A stretch of DNA of 64,000 nucleotides, taken from NCBI GenBank assembly GCA_012295275.1, contig CM022671.1, positions 33,666,001 to 33,730,000 on the forward strand, written 5' to 3'. The translations under genes and the position numbers were made by a program. Within the stretch, counting starts at the first letter, position 1. Each line of letters begins with the position of its first letter. This document shows, piece after piece, positions 1 to 12,013 of the stretch. The notes below the pieces were generated by a model. The model saw nothing but the letters and a program-made list of their open reading frames with translations, had not been told where the DNA came from and ran no database searches. This DNA comes from Chrysomallon squamiferum. Taxonomy: Eukaryota > Animalia > Mollusca.

Positions 1-278
1 TATTTTGGAATGGTGTTATCTTGTTTTTAAAGAGAAGAATTTTATTAATTTTTTTTAAATGAATAGAGGTATGTAAAACGCAGTTGTTTGCCTAACATTA
101 GGTTCATGTTAAATTACAAAACAACGCTAAATTTCTATTATTATTAAAAAAAAAGAGAAGATTTACGAATTTTTAAACTTTTTGTTTCTTTATTGCAATT
201 ATGAATAAAACATATCTGACTACAGAAATGAACGATTTTTATTAATTTTCTTTAATAAAAATCGTTAATTTCAGTGGT

Positions 279-331
<53 letters not shown>

Positions 332-995
332 GTAAATATTATTGTTATTCAAAGAAAGGTGAAAGATAGTAAAGTAGGCCATATGATGGGGCAGTCTGAA
401 CTATGTGCAACATTAATTATGTGCTTCTTAGCACAAAGGTGATTATATAAATATACACTCACACACATGCATATTCATATCAGCACCTTTCAGTTTTTTC
501 TTGCCCTCACTCTGTCATCATATTTCTAACAACGTTCACATTTGATGGAAGGATTTATCTTTGCCAAGTCAGAACAGAGAAAGGTAATCTCTTTTTTATG
601 TCATGTTATGAGCATTGGTGCATGAGTGAAAAACAAAACAAAAATAAGATGGCCAAACTGCACAAGTTCTGATCATTTCTCAAGTTACATTATCTTGGAA
701 AAAAACCCCAAAGCAAATAAAATAAAAAAAAACAATAAAAAAAAATTAAAACAGCAACAATCAAGCATGCAAACAAACAACAAAACAAAACACCAGTGGA
801 AGAGTTATGTCTTTCATTTTCCACTTTCCTGTTACATTTTTCATAATTATTTTTTAGGTATTTTTAAATACATAATGTTTACATGTGATGAGATAAACAT
901 TTACGAGGAATATAAAGAATAATCCTGATTTTCTCAATGTGAATATTTACAGCATTTTCTTGTATCTCTCCTTAGAAAAAAATATAAATAAATAT

Positions 996-1032
<37 letters not shown>

Positions 1033-1034
1033 AA

Positions 1035-1090
<56 letters not shown>

Positions 1091-3762
1091 ATAAATAATT
1101 AAAAATTTAAAATTCAATAAAATTGGAATAAGAAAGATTTTTTTTTTTAAATTGACATTGTCATAACTTTCCATAAATATAAATGTGTCAGTACACTTTT
1201 CTCATCTATTTAATAAAACTTGTTTATGAAGGGCACTTTATAATAAACAGAGATTGAGCAAAACACTATTATCTGTATCTGTATGTAATTACAAGTTAAC
1301 TATTGTTTATAAATAGTAACTTTGTTAACGTTTTTGTTAAATTATCATGTATAACTCTTTATTATATTTTTCAAAGATATAGGTATGTCTGAATGTGTAT
1401 TAGTGTATACACACACACACAGACACACACACTCATATGTAAAATATACATATAGGACTTAAAATGTATTAAAAAAAAACTAAGAAATAATAAAAACATA
1501 ATAATATAAAATAATAATATATATAATTATAAAGCAACTATAATTAAAAAGTTTTTTGAAAAGAAAGTAAAAGTACTTTTATAAATGGTTCACCAAACTG
1601 AGGGATTCTGAAGAAGGGCAAACAAAGAAATAATTTAAAAAAAAAAAAAAAAAAAAAAGAAAGAAAGAAAGAAAAAGAAAGAAAGAAAGATTCAAAGAAG
1701 GAAAGAAAAACGTTTATCAGATGGAATGATGTACAGTGATAAAATAATCTTATTTACATACATGATAATGATTATGCAACCCAGAGGATTGGATTAAGAT
1801 ATGAAAATAATGTCACATGTTAAATGTTTATGGAGATAAAAATTTTATAAAGAAAAATACTGATAATCATAAAATTCAGCAATTTAAAAAGTTACATTTG
1901 TTGTATGATCTAAAATGGGTATGTATCTGGCACTAGAATTATAAATATTTATGTTAAAATGTACACTTTTTGTTAACTAAACCAAACCACAACAAAAAGA
2001 TAGAAATAATAATAATAATAAATAAAAATAAAAATAAAAAAAGACATCAATTTATAGAAAACTTCAAACAATGTATACATTGTTTGTTAAAATCCAATCA
2101 AAACATGAAGTATATTAAAATAGGATTTGTACAAGACATGTATATGAAATAAAAAATTAAAAAAACACATGGCAAATACCTAATAATTAAAAAACTGCTT
2201 AAAACCTAAGTCTCAGTATTTCATAATGAATAAAAAAGATGTATACTCCTGTCTTGCAACAATCAATGACTGATAAAAAATATTTACAGAACAACTTGTC
2301 TTATCTGTAAGATAGTCAGCCATGTGGTTGTCATAGTTACACTATTTACAGTGAAAAACAGACATGAACACAAAGGATAATAAATGAAATATTTAACTAA
2401 TTCTTATTTCATTTTGCTGTGGTTTTATCCATTTTAGTTATTTAAAAAACAACAAAAAATAACAGCAACTTAATGTGGATTATAATGATATCAATACTGG
2501 TATTTTTTATTTGATTATTTATTTTTTAAAGATTTATAACTATAATTTTATTAGCTTTTTAAATTAACATTACTGCCCTTGATAATTACAGTTGTCTCCC
2601 TTCATTTTACTATCAAAACATTTTCATAATAAAATAATTCATCTGTATGTTCGTTACTATATCAACAATAGTATAAAAGTAGTCATATGCTTAAAATATT
2701 TTAACAATTATTAAAGTTTGTCTTACTTGCAAATTAATTACCTATAAAAATTATTCATAGACAAATTATGACATTACCAAATTCTTTACACAAATTTCAT
2801 CTTTATTTTGTTTTAAAAACATAATTTAAGGAAACTTCTAAATGGGTTTTTTCCCCAGTATTAATCGAATTAAATATTTAAATACTCTTTCTATTTTTCA
2901 TTGTAAATAACTAATTACAATTTTAAAGCCAATTCTACTTAAGTAAATTTAATCATTGTAATGTTATAACCAGAACATATACAGTAGTTTAAATTACTAC
3001 CGTTATTGTTAAAATTGTGGTATTATAAACAGAACAATTTGAATTGATGTATCAAGTTGAAGGAATCATTCTCTGGTGGGAGATTAAGACAGAATTAGAT
3101 GTGTGGGGAGCACTGCTATTAAATTTCACAAAACTCAGTGAAAACACTACATACAGATTTTACATGCATGTACCTCTCAAATGGATTTCCTAGGATTTAA
3201 CAAACAAAATGAAAAATGTGTTTGTGACTAAGTTTATCAAATGTAAATCTGCATCTCAAAATAGTTTACGAAAATGGGCATTTTAAAACATTTTGATTAA
3301 TGATATACTGTTTTGAAAATGAATTAACCAGCTTTAATTAAAACTCTTCCAGTATTTAATATCTATAAGGTTTTCTGTTCCAACAGAAAACTTGTCATCT
3401 CACTCTTTGAATTTTGCTAGTACAGACATATTCCTCCTCCCAGAGACACATCTCCTCCCCAATCCTTGGAAATATTCAAATTTGATTTCAGCCAATCAAA
3501 ATTTATATTACAGTTACACAGCTGTCAGTAGAAGCTTAGTTACATATATGAGCCAATCAGAATTTAGTTTGGACTTCTCAGGCAATAAGAGCTATATTTC
3601 AGCCAATCACAGCCTCAGTTTGTACTACACTTCACCCATACCTAGCTAGGCTTGTATTTACAATTCTACTCGTCAGTTAGTATTTCAGAGCACAGATTAT
3701 ATTTACAAGTCATCCAGTGAGAAATGAGTTCATATTTACACCTCAGCCAATCAGAATCCTGA

Positions 3763-4017
3763 TTACATGATGTCATTGCTGTCTTCTTCCATGTTTGGAC
3801 TAACAGGGGCAGATGTTAACATAGGATCCATCCCACAGGGTGATGTGTCCTCCATCATTTCCAGAAAGTTCAGTGTGTTTGTGTTGTGTTCCTGTGCCTC
3901 TGTTTCAGACTTAACCTGAATGTTCATCGCACTGGGAGAAATCATTGTTGTCAATGATGCCATGTCTTCTGAAAGTCCTGTCTGAATTCCGTGAGCCTTC
4001 ATTAACAACTCCAGTTG
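3763..4017 (-). CDS. MITF: MITF terminal coding exon 8
   Basis: Acceptor ttccttag|; [10 protein letters not shown]...VKSE (SUMO-type psi-KxE)...MMEDTSP..DPMLTS; stop TAA at 3763-3765. Confidence 0.92.
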   Translation of the reverse strand, partial: QLELLMKAHGIQTGLSEDMASLTTMISPSAMNIQVKSETEAQEHNTNTLNFLEMMEDTSPCGMDPMLTSAPVSPNMEEDSNDIM

Positions 4018-7000
4018 CTAAGGAAAAAAAAAAGAAATCATTATGATATTTGATGGCATAAAATTTCAATCAGTTGATCATTTTTTATATAAAATGAAAT
4101 ATATTAATGTTAATGACAATGATAACAACAACAACAACAACAGCAACAAAATAATAACAGTAATAATATTGCTTGCACATGAGACCATAAAGTTTAAAAT
4201 AATATTTCAGTTACTTCTGAAACAACAACAAACAGGTTATTATACTTATTTAATGCAATTATTATCTCAAATCATATTAATTTGTTTCATGTAATTTAAT
4301 ACAAGGGTCTGACATCACAAAGGTTAACAACAATGGATACCTGTATTCGTAAGATGTATTTTCTGTTGTTCGTCTCCAGCATTCTCCTTTGTTCTTCAAC
4401 CTGTCTCAGTTTTTCCTGGTCTTTCTTCAGTCGCCTGATGTAGTCACATGATGCTTTCAGTATGGTACCTTTGTTTTGTCGAAGATCTCTGTAAAATATC
4501 AAGCAAATCTTTCATAAATACACCTAACAAAACTGTCGATCTAGTCATGTGATGCCTTCAGAATTGTACCTCTGTTTTGTCTATGCCCTCTTCAAAATTA
4601 ATAATTAAATTTTGTATAAATTATATAAATTTAACAAAACTGTTGTTGATTGGCTTAGAAAGTGCACAGGTTTAAACTGTCAGTATTACTGGAATAAGGA
4701 AGTAGGTACCATGACATATTTCTGACATCATTTGAAAGGAAAAACATTAATTGTGAAAGTAGTTCAGGAAGTGTTGGCATTGTGGTTCATGTATTGTGGT
4801 GGACATGGTCACAAATATATGAACAAACTTACGGATCAATATTTTTGGGCAACATTGTGCCCAACTCCTTTATTCTATCATTGATGTTAAACCTTCTTCT
4901 TCTTTCAACTAAAACAAATAGGACAAAAAAATATTTATAATTTGAAACATGAAATGATCATCAGTCTTTACAAATAATAAAGTTTATGATATGAACTTTC
5001 ACTGAGGCTATGTCTTCTCTGTTTTTTGTACCAATAAGTAAAATGTATTGCTTGTATAGCAGTTTTGTTATGATTTAGTTACAGCTGCTCAGTTATATTC
5101 ACGTGAGATGAATTTCCTCATCTGTCACCTTTATAAGCTTCAACATTTATAAAAGTTATATGGGAAAAAATTAGCTAAAACATATTATATTTACTTCCAA
5201 GTGATTGTTTTATTTGTTTCTTTGTTAAAAGTATAAAGGTAGTTTTAAAAACAAATTATTATTTTTTTTTTACTTTAAAGTATCGCACAGTTTTACTTGT
5301 TTCTATGCATTAACCTTTCCTAATAATTAAGTCTACTGAATGCTCTGTCTGTACAAAGACGTACTCATGTTGTGGTTGTCTTTCTTCTGACGCTCCTTCG
5401 CCCACATGCGAGCTTCTTCGTCGGTTAAAAAGTTTGGCTGGTCTTGTTTCTGAAAGGCTGCAGGACATGATGATGATGATGATGCATTTTCTGATGTTAC
5501 ATCTAATGTGTTGATTGTTGCCTGGGTAAACCACAGAAAAGAAAGAAAACAAAATTCTATAATAAAAATAATCACAACCACTAGCAGATTAATGGAACAT
5601 TATTAATATTTTAGCAGAAACAAGTTGAAGTCATCAGTTATTCAGCATCTGTGTATTTGTGCGTATCACGAATAATGGCAGCCTGTAACGAAATGTTCAG
5701 AATCTGTTTTTGATATTAATAATATTCTTACCGAAGTGGACAGCTGGTTTAATGTTGGTTCGATAAAGGTCAAGTCATTGTCTATTGTCCCTTCTACTGA
5801 CTCCAGACTGATTAGATCTGTGAGCAAGTTGTCAACCTGGTTAAGATATCATAAAGTTAATCATTTTGTTTTAACAGAATACCCATATTACATGAAGTAA
5901 ATTTACTTTTAAATTTATACCAGTATTTGTTAACAATAAAATATGAATGGAACATTACTTATTCATTGTAGTGACATATCTCATTTTTCTTCTTCTTGAA
6001 TATTCATTATATTTATTATATCTGTTAACGTAATAGGTTTAAATCTCAATATTGTATCTTCAACATAAAATAGAATTTGTAAATATATCAAACATCTATA
6101 TGTTTACATACATACTCAGAAACAAATCTGTTCACAATATTACTTAAATCTCAATAAATATTTTATGTTGAATATGTAATACAATTTATATATATATATA
6201 TATAGATCAATATAGTTATATTTACACAAACTCAGAGAAATAGTTATTTTCAATATGCAACAAAAATTCTTTAAACATCATATTCAGTCAAAGCAGTATG
6301 TTACATATAAAAGTACCTCAGACACACTTGTTGCTGCACTAGCTTGACCCAGGGAGAAAGGACTGTCTGGTTCTGTGAGAGGGGCACTCCCAGGCACCTG
6401 TAAGGCAACATCAGGGGCAGATCTTGTCTGCAGTGCTGGCATGGACTGTGCAGTCACATGTGACTGGCCTAGGAAATCCTGAATTTGTCTTTTTTTGTTC
6501 TCCTGGATGTGAAACCTGGTTGGATGTTCCAGCCGACTTTGAACCTGAAATTGAGGGAGAAAACAAATTAAGAAATTTATAATAAATTTATTATTAAAAA
6601 TGTTTTGGATAAAAGTTATTTTACGTAAGATATTACTTTTTAATATTAAAAAAAAAAAAAAAAAAAATAATAATAATAATAATAAACAAATAAATATAGT
6701 TTAAGTCAACTATTTTTTATTTCAAACAAAATTTTCAATCTTTAAAAATTGTTTCAAAAATGCAAATTTTGCTGACCATTTCAAAATGAATAAACATGAT
6801 TATATTGTGTTCACCTTCAGTATCTGTGGGGGAACCTCGCTGACCACTTGTATGTGCGGCACTTCGATGGTGCTGGTCGTTGACTTTACCTGCTGCTGCT
6901 GCTGCTGCTGCTGTTGTTTGAGCGACGATGTACGACACTGCTGTTCACGCTTCTCCTCCTCATACAGCTGCTGTCGCATCAACTGCTGTTTCAGATTGAT

Positions 7001-7129
7001 CCTCATAGACATGTTGGCATGCTTTATCTCAGGCACTGGACTGGAAGACAAACATCACGATACTGTTAATGTGTCACTGGCTGTAATGATTATTTATTTA
7101 TCAGTTGATATTTGTCTGTGCTCAAACTG

Positions 7130-7164
<35 letters not shown>

Positions 7165-9497
7165 AAATAATTTGTAGATTATTACTATTTAATTATTTAA
7201 TGTATGATGCAGACATACAATAATAAAAAAGGAATTAAGTAAATAAATAGTAATAATCTACAAATTCTTTTATGTGTGTGTGTGTGTGTGTGAGACAGTT
7301 TGAGCACAGACAAATACCAACTGATAAATACATCTATCTATCTATCTATACATACATATCTAAACATATAAATGTACACACACACATATACATGTATATA
7401 TGTAAAATAAATAATAAAAAATACATTAATTAATTAAAAATAAACAAACAAAACATTTATCTAAATATGTTGTTAACTGACAGATATGACAATCATTTGG
7501 CCAGCACTGGTGATCCAAGTATTCAACATAAGTTCTACCTTCATTTAGTTTTAATTAAAGATATTCTTTAGTATCTGGAGAAATGAAGTTTAAATAAATT
7601 GTTTTACCATGCAGACAATGATTTGTTTCAATAGCACAACTGGTAGAAAATCCATAATTTTATTGTGCAAAAATGTAATGCTAGAACTTTAAAAAAAAAA
7701 AAAAAAATTAAAAAAAGATATATATAAACTAAATAAATAAATAAATTTAAATTTAAACAAATAAATAAAGAAAGAAATAATCAAATAAAGAAAAAAAAAA
7801 AATTAAAAAAAATTAAATTCACCAAATTTGTCAATTTTCAGTATTTTTTTTTAAAATCCACTATTAGTGTCAGTAGTCTTCAGTATGTAAGTGATGTACC
7901 TCAGTGATTTAACACATCTCAGCTTCAAAGTATCAGAACTGAACTGTTTTATTTATAGTGATGATGTAACAAAGAAACCTGATTCATGAGTTTGCTTATC
8001 AATTAGCAGCATGTTAACCTTTCAAAAAACAGTCACTGTATGCATGCATGCACATGTCAGTCCACACACAAACACACAGACACACGTACACACACAACAG
8101 ACACTCAGTCCAAATAGCTATATAATTAACTGATTTCCAGTCACACAAAAGGAAAGCTGGCTGTCACTTTATGAAACAATTATTTTATTTACTTATTTTA
8201 TACTATTTTAATAGTGTCTGTCTATACTAAATATTTACTCCAATATACAGTATTATTAACACAGAAATGTCAGTTAACTATGGTCAGTAATATAAATAGA
8301 AAACAGCTGTCACTGAGCTGTGACCAATAGTCTGTTGTTATTTGTCTGTATGTAGGCTATGGTACACACAAAGATCAATCAGAAGAGGTAACCCAGAAAC
8401 TGATTTGCTGCCTGATAATGCAGGTAACAAAGAAATCCACACACACTCACACACAGAGCCACACATATGCATTTCAGGGTCACAAACAGGCAGTGAGACA
8501 ATAGCGGGAAGAAAGACAGTGTGTGTATGTGTGTGCACGCAAGCCTTTCTGTACATAAATCACTGAATAAATATGATCACAACATGTTTTAATATCAGCA
8601 GTTACAAGAGTTAAACATAATCTTCTTTTTTAATAAGTTGAACACGAACAAAGACCTCTTTTAGTATTTCTTCAAGTCATTTTTAATATCAACTTTTTTT
8701 ATATTAATCTTCTAGAAAAAAGTGCACAGAGAAAGATTGATCATGTGATGCATTAATGCATTACTCCAACCACTCTATCAAATTATCTTAAGTTATGATC
8801 TAGGCTTTATACCCAAAGCGTTTGCAAAACTGACTTCTAAATAATAGAATTAATCTTGCATCCCATTTTATCTCTACAATACTTCTGCTAAAAGTGATAT
8901 CGATGTATGTCTTACGACACATCAGACAAATTAACACACTTGTCAGCTGTCATAATGAGGTAAAATATACAAACCAACTGTTGACAATCCTGCCATTTTA
9001 ACCATCATTGTTACTATGCTAATCTAGCTCTTATGATCACCAAGACTTCTGGACCGTGTGTGACTATACACTTAACACTGACAGTGACAATATTAACTAC
9101 TAAAAACAAAGTATATGAAAGAAAACAAAATAATCAAATAAACAGTATAAATAAAAGAACTAACAGACTAGAAGAAGAACAGTCTGGATGTTAATTCAGA
9201 GGGGTTTTTTGTTTTATTAGTCTGGTTTTAATTCAGTGTTTTCGTGTTTAGTCGTAAACAGATATCTGTCACAATACAAACAAATTTCATTTCCTGTTAA
9301 CTTTAATAGCCCAGAACTAAGTCGGAAACACTAGAATGAAAATGAATAAACACACAAACAAACAAACAAACAAACAAACAAACAAATAAATGCATAGATT
9401 ATTGCAAACTGATGATATGTTGCATTTCCTTTAAGTATTCACCTGGAAAATTAATTACACAATTAGTGAATAAATTACATTTTTTCTGTGATTAGTA

Positions 9498-9534
<37 letters not shown>

Positions 9535-10198
9535 ATAATAATAATAATAATAATAATAATTGAAAAAAAATATATATTTGACTCTCACTTAATCTGAAAC
9601 TGATCAGATAAGTAATAACAGTGGTCAAGCATATGAAACAAACTATATTAAGAGAACAATTTTCAAAATTCAAGCAATGTTTTTCAGTGTAATACTGGCA
9701 TTCTCGAAATCTAATATTTGCACGTGCATCACCAGAGAAAGGCAGTGTTTGAAATACACCTCATTTACAAAAATCATTAGTTCGTTTAACAAATGAAAAT
9801 CTTCAAAATGCCTTTGATGCATGATCCCGGATACAACTTACCAGGACATTGTAAGTTGGTAACTTTACTGATGTAAATTCTTAAGGAAAAAGAAACTTTG
9901 CAGACCATTTATATTCAAGAGATGAAGCAGCATATCAAAACATACAAAGACACCCAATTGTGCATACCCCCTTAACATCGTTATTAGCATTCTAATCTCT
10001 GTTCCGATTAATGACGTTTGACACAATTAGCATGCTGTTTTCGACGGGGAGTTTCCAAACAACAGAGCGCCCAGAGGGCGTAACTTCTTACCTTCTACCA
10101 TAAGCTGTGCTTTTTAGTTCATAAAACGAGTTGTCATTCGATTGATCGTCTGACCCAAGCAGACTGTTCAAGTCCAATTCAATTCCCGAATCCACCAT
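3763..10198 (-). CDS. MITF: MiT/TFE-family bHLH-leucine zipper transcription factor (MITF/TFEB/TFE3 orthologue), spliced CDS of 8 exons, 433 aa
   Basis: join(complement) 10092-10198, 6815-7040, 6317-6544, 5732-5836, 5365-5521, 4833-4908, 4341-4488, 3763-4017 = 1302 nt, all GT-AG, phases consistent. Diagnostic motifs: [98 protein letters not shown]. Confidence 0.96.
4341..4488 (-). CDS. MITF: MITF exon 7: helix 2 and leucine zipper
   Basis: 148 nt; [24 protein letters not shown]...YILRIQ; ttttacag| and |gtatc. Confidence 0.96.
4542..4650 (-). repeat. Degenerate tandem duplicate of the 5' part of MITF exon 7 plus its acceptor
   Basis: 4542-4650 aligns with 4441-4540; translates [15 protein letters not shown] versus [16 protein letters not shown]. 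Confidence 0.85.
4833..4908 (-). CDS. MITF: MITF exon 6: basic region and helix 1 ([26 protein letters not shown])
   Basis: 76 nt, ttttag| and |gtaag, phase 1 to 2. Confidence 0.96.
5365..5521 (-). CDS. MITF: MITF exon 5: SSSCPA 14-3-3 site and start of the basic region
   Basis: 157 nt; SSSSSCPA...[12 protein letters not shown]; acceptor tttacccag|, donor gtacg. Confidence 0.95.
5732..5836 (-). CDS. MITF: MITF exon 4: acidic activation domain ([16 protein letters not shown])
   Basis: 105 nt, phase 0-0, donor gtaag; matches the MiT DDIISLES motif. Confidence 0.92.
6317..6544 (-). CDS. MITF: MITF exon 3 ([25 protein letters not shown]...[14 protein letters not shown])
   Basis: 228 nt, phase 0-0, tttcag| and |gtac; matches the MiT VQTHLENPTKYHI block and the SAP..SP MAPK/mTOR site region. 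Confidence 0.93.
6815..7040 (-). CDS. MITF: MITF exon 2: Rag-GTPase-binding region and poly-Gln
   Basis: Acceptor ttccag|, donor AAG|gtgaac; [23 protein letters not shown]...EVPPQILK. Confidence 0.93.
7095..7330. repeat. Inverted repeat, arms 7095-7167 and 7268-7330
   Basis: tatttatcagttgatatttgtctgtgctcaaactgt(ca)n is the near-exact reverse complement of (tg)nagacagtttgagcacagacaaataccaactgataaata. Confidence 0.92.
10092..10198 (-). CDS. MITF: MITF coding exon 1A ([35 protein letters not shown]), MITF-A-like N-terminus; absent from the ORF track
   Basis: ATG at 10198, donor AG|gtaag, phase 2. Resembles the vertebrate MITF-A ESGIV...YYELKS N-terminus. Confidence 0.92.
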
Positions 10199-10400
10199 AC
10201 CGCATGTATCGTTTTGTGAAATTTTACAATTCACACAACTCGTCCTTTCTATGTTCCAGCTTTCCAAAATGGCAAAGGGACGGGAAATTGCGAAATCTGC
10301 ATCGACTGGCTGTTCAGATCATGTGTCGATGTAACGATAGTAGTTATTGGTCAAGGGTATAAGCGTCATTATCTATTTTTAATTTATCGTGAGTCAGAGG
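10199..10400 (-). promoter_or_regulatory. Putative 5' UTR and proximal promoter of MITF exon 1A
   Basis: Locally CpG-richer; TCATGTG E-box 10319-10325, CCAAT on the minus strand (ATTGG 10346-10350), TGAGTCA 10390-10396. The TSS cannot be determined. Confidence 0.5.
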
Positions 10401-10540
10401 GAAAGCCCTGACACGTTAGTGTCGAAAATAGACAACAGGTGTCGCTTTATTTAGTTTGCCGATTGCGGTCCACATTCAAAAATAATTCAATACCGACTGA
10501 AAAATATTAAATATTTTAATTTTGTCGTATCTTCGTTGTA

Positions 10541-10595
<55 letters not shown>

Positions 10596-10682
10596 TAACT
10601 GTAGATATCTTGAATAACAATTGTATGCTTTTTAATTATAATTCTTATTTCTTTCATAGCTCATTACCTTTTTCTTTTACAA

Positions 10683-10715
<33 letters not shown>

Positions 10716-11128
10716 TTGTTATTGTTATTATTTTAACAAATGAATTATAAATAAATCGATTAATTAAACTGCAAGATTAGTAGCCATGTTTAATTAACAA
10801 CTCCAAATTTAGTTTATTTGAAATTTTAATCACCGATGTCTGATAACTATCTGATCACACTTCACATTTTATCACAACCAAAGTTCGCAGATTATCTTTA
10901 TAATTTGTGTCAAAATGTTAAACGTCTGAAATTTGCAGATTAAGCTGTTTTTGACTCTCACGATTAGGTCAAACCTGAAGGCGGAACTGTTCTGCAGTTT
11001 AATGGTGTGAAAACATTTTTTTTTTTGTTTAATTTATCGTGAGTCAGAGGGAAAGCCCAGACACGTTAGTGTTTAAAACAGACACCAGGTGTCGCTTAAT
11101 TTAGTTTCTCGGTTGCGGTCCATATTCA
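10378..11128. repeat. Direct repeat of about 101 bp (10378-10478 and 11028-11128)
   Basis: tttaatttatcgtgagtcagagggaaagccc.gacacgttagtgt...ttgcggtcca.attca in both copies, ungapped, about 11 mismatches. Confidence 0.92.
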
Positions 11129-11783
11129 TAATTAATGTATTTTGCAGAGATACATTTTTTTCATAACAGCAAGAAGAGCAGCTTTTGTCACGTCTATATA
11201 GTTTTTTTGGCTAATCGTTGCCAACCGTAGTAGTAGTAGTAGTAGAAGAAATAGTAATAAGAAGCAGAGAGTGAGACGATATCGATGTGCACCTTTGTCT
11301 TAATTTTCAGAGGCCTTCCACTCCTTCTTCAGTCAGTTTTAGATAAATGAGGAAGAAAATTAACTTTAGAACCTGATCCAAAATATGTTCCCAGAAACTC
11401 AGTCTTAAGGAAATGTTTAAACTAACAGTCCAGGAGCTAAGCGATTATAAGAAAAAAAAATTGTAGCAGCGCAAGTATTCAGAAAATGTTATGGTAGATT
11501 TAATTAGGGTATCTTCTTAGGATTGTTTTGGGACCGATAGAATTATAGTATCACTAATAATCAAGGGGGACTTGGACGGGGGCTAAAATAAAGGGGTGGT
11601 GGAGAAAACCCCCCTAAAACAACAACTATTATATTATAAACAAAAGTATAAATTGTTTATATTATTTTTATTTTTATTTTATTTTTTATTTGTTTACATT
11701 TTTTTTTTTTTTTTATCAAAAGTTTACCATCACAGGAAAATAATCCCATCCTTTTTATGAAACGTTGAACTCGTCTAACTCAC

Positions 11784-12013
11784 CGTTTCAGAACGCGGAT
11801 CTTGACATTCTTGACGACCTTTCCTTGACCTTTTCCGTTTTTTACGACGTTCTTCAGCAGAAGAGGCCGCTTGCGTCTAGCAGAACCGGAAGAGATGACA
11901 ACAATTGACGTCTGCTCCGATTTCATGTCGATTTCTTGACATTCCGAGTTGACGTTGTTATGACTGTCGTCGTAGTCGTTGTTGTCCTTACTAATTTCTG
12001 CGGCTGTAACCAT
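11784..12013 (-). CDS. MITF: Probable alternative first coding exon of MITF (76 codons + 2 nt; the exon with its UTR spans 11784-12069)
   Basis: Non-repetitive, higher-GC ORF MVTAAEISKD...SARRKRPLLLK...IRVLK ends CG|gtgagt, phase 2, the same phase as exon 1A, so it is in frame with exon 2. Acceptor ttgtcttttag| at 12070. Confidence 0.65.

Noticed and set aside
1-3400. MITF polyadenylation site and 3' UTR end
   Set aside because: Many AATAAA hexamers occur by chance in this AT-rich DNA, so none can be singled out.
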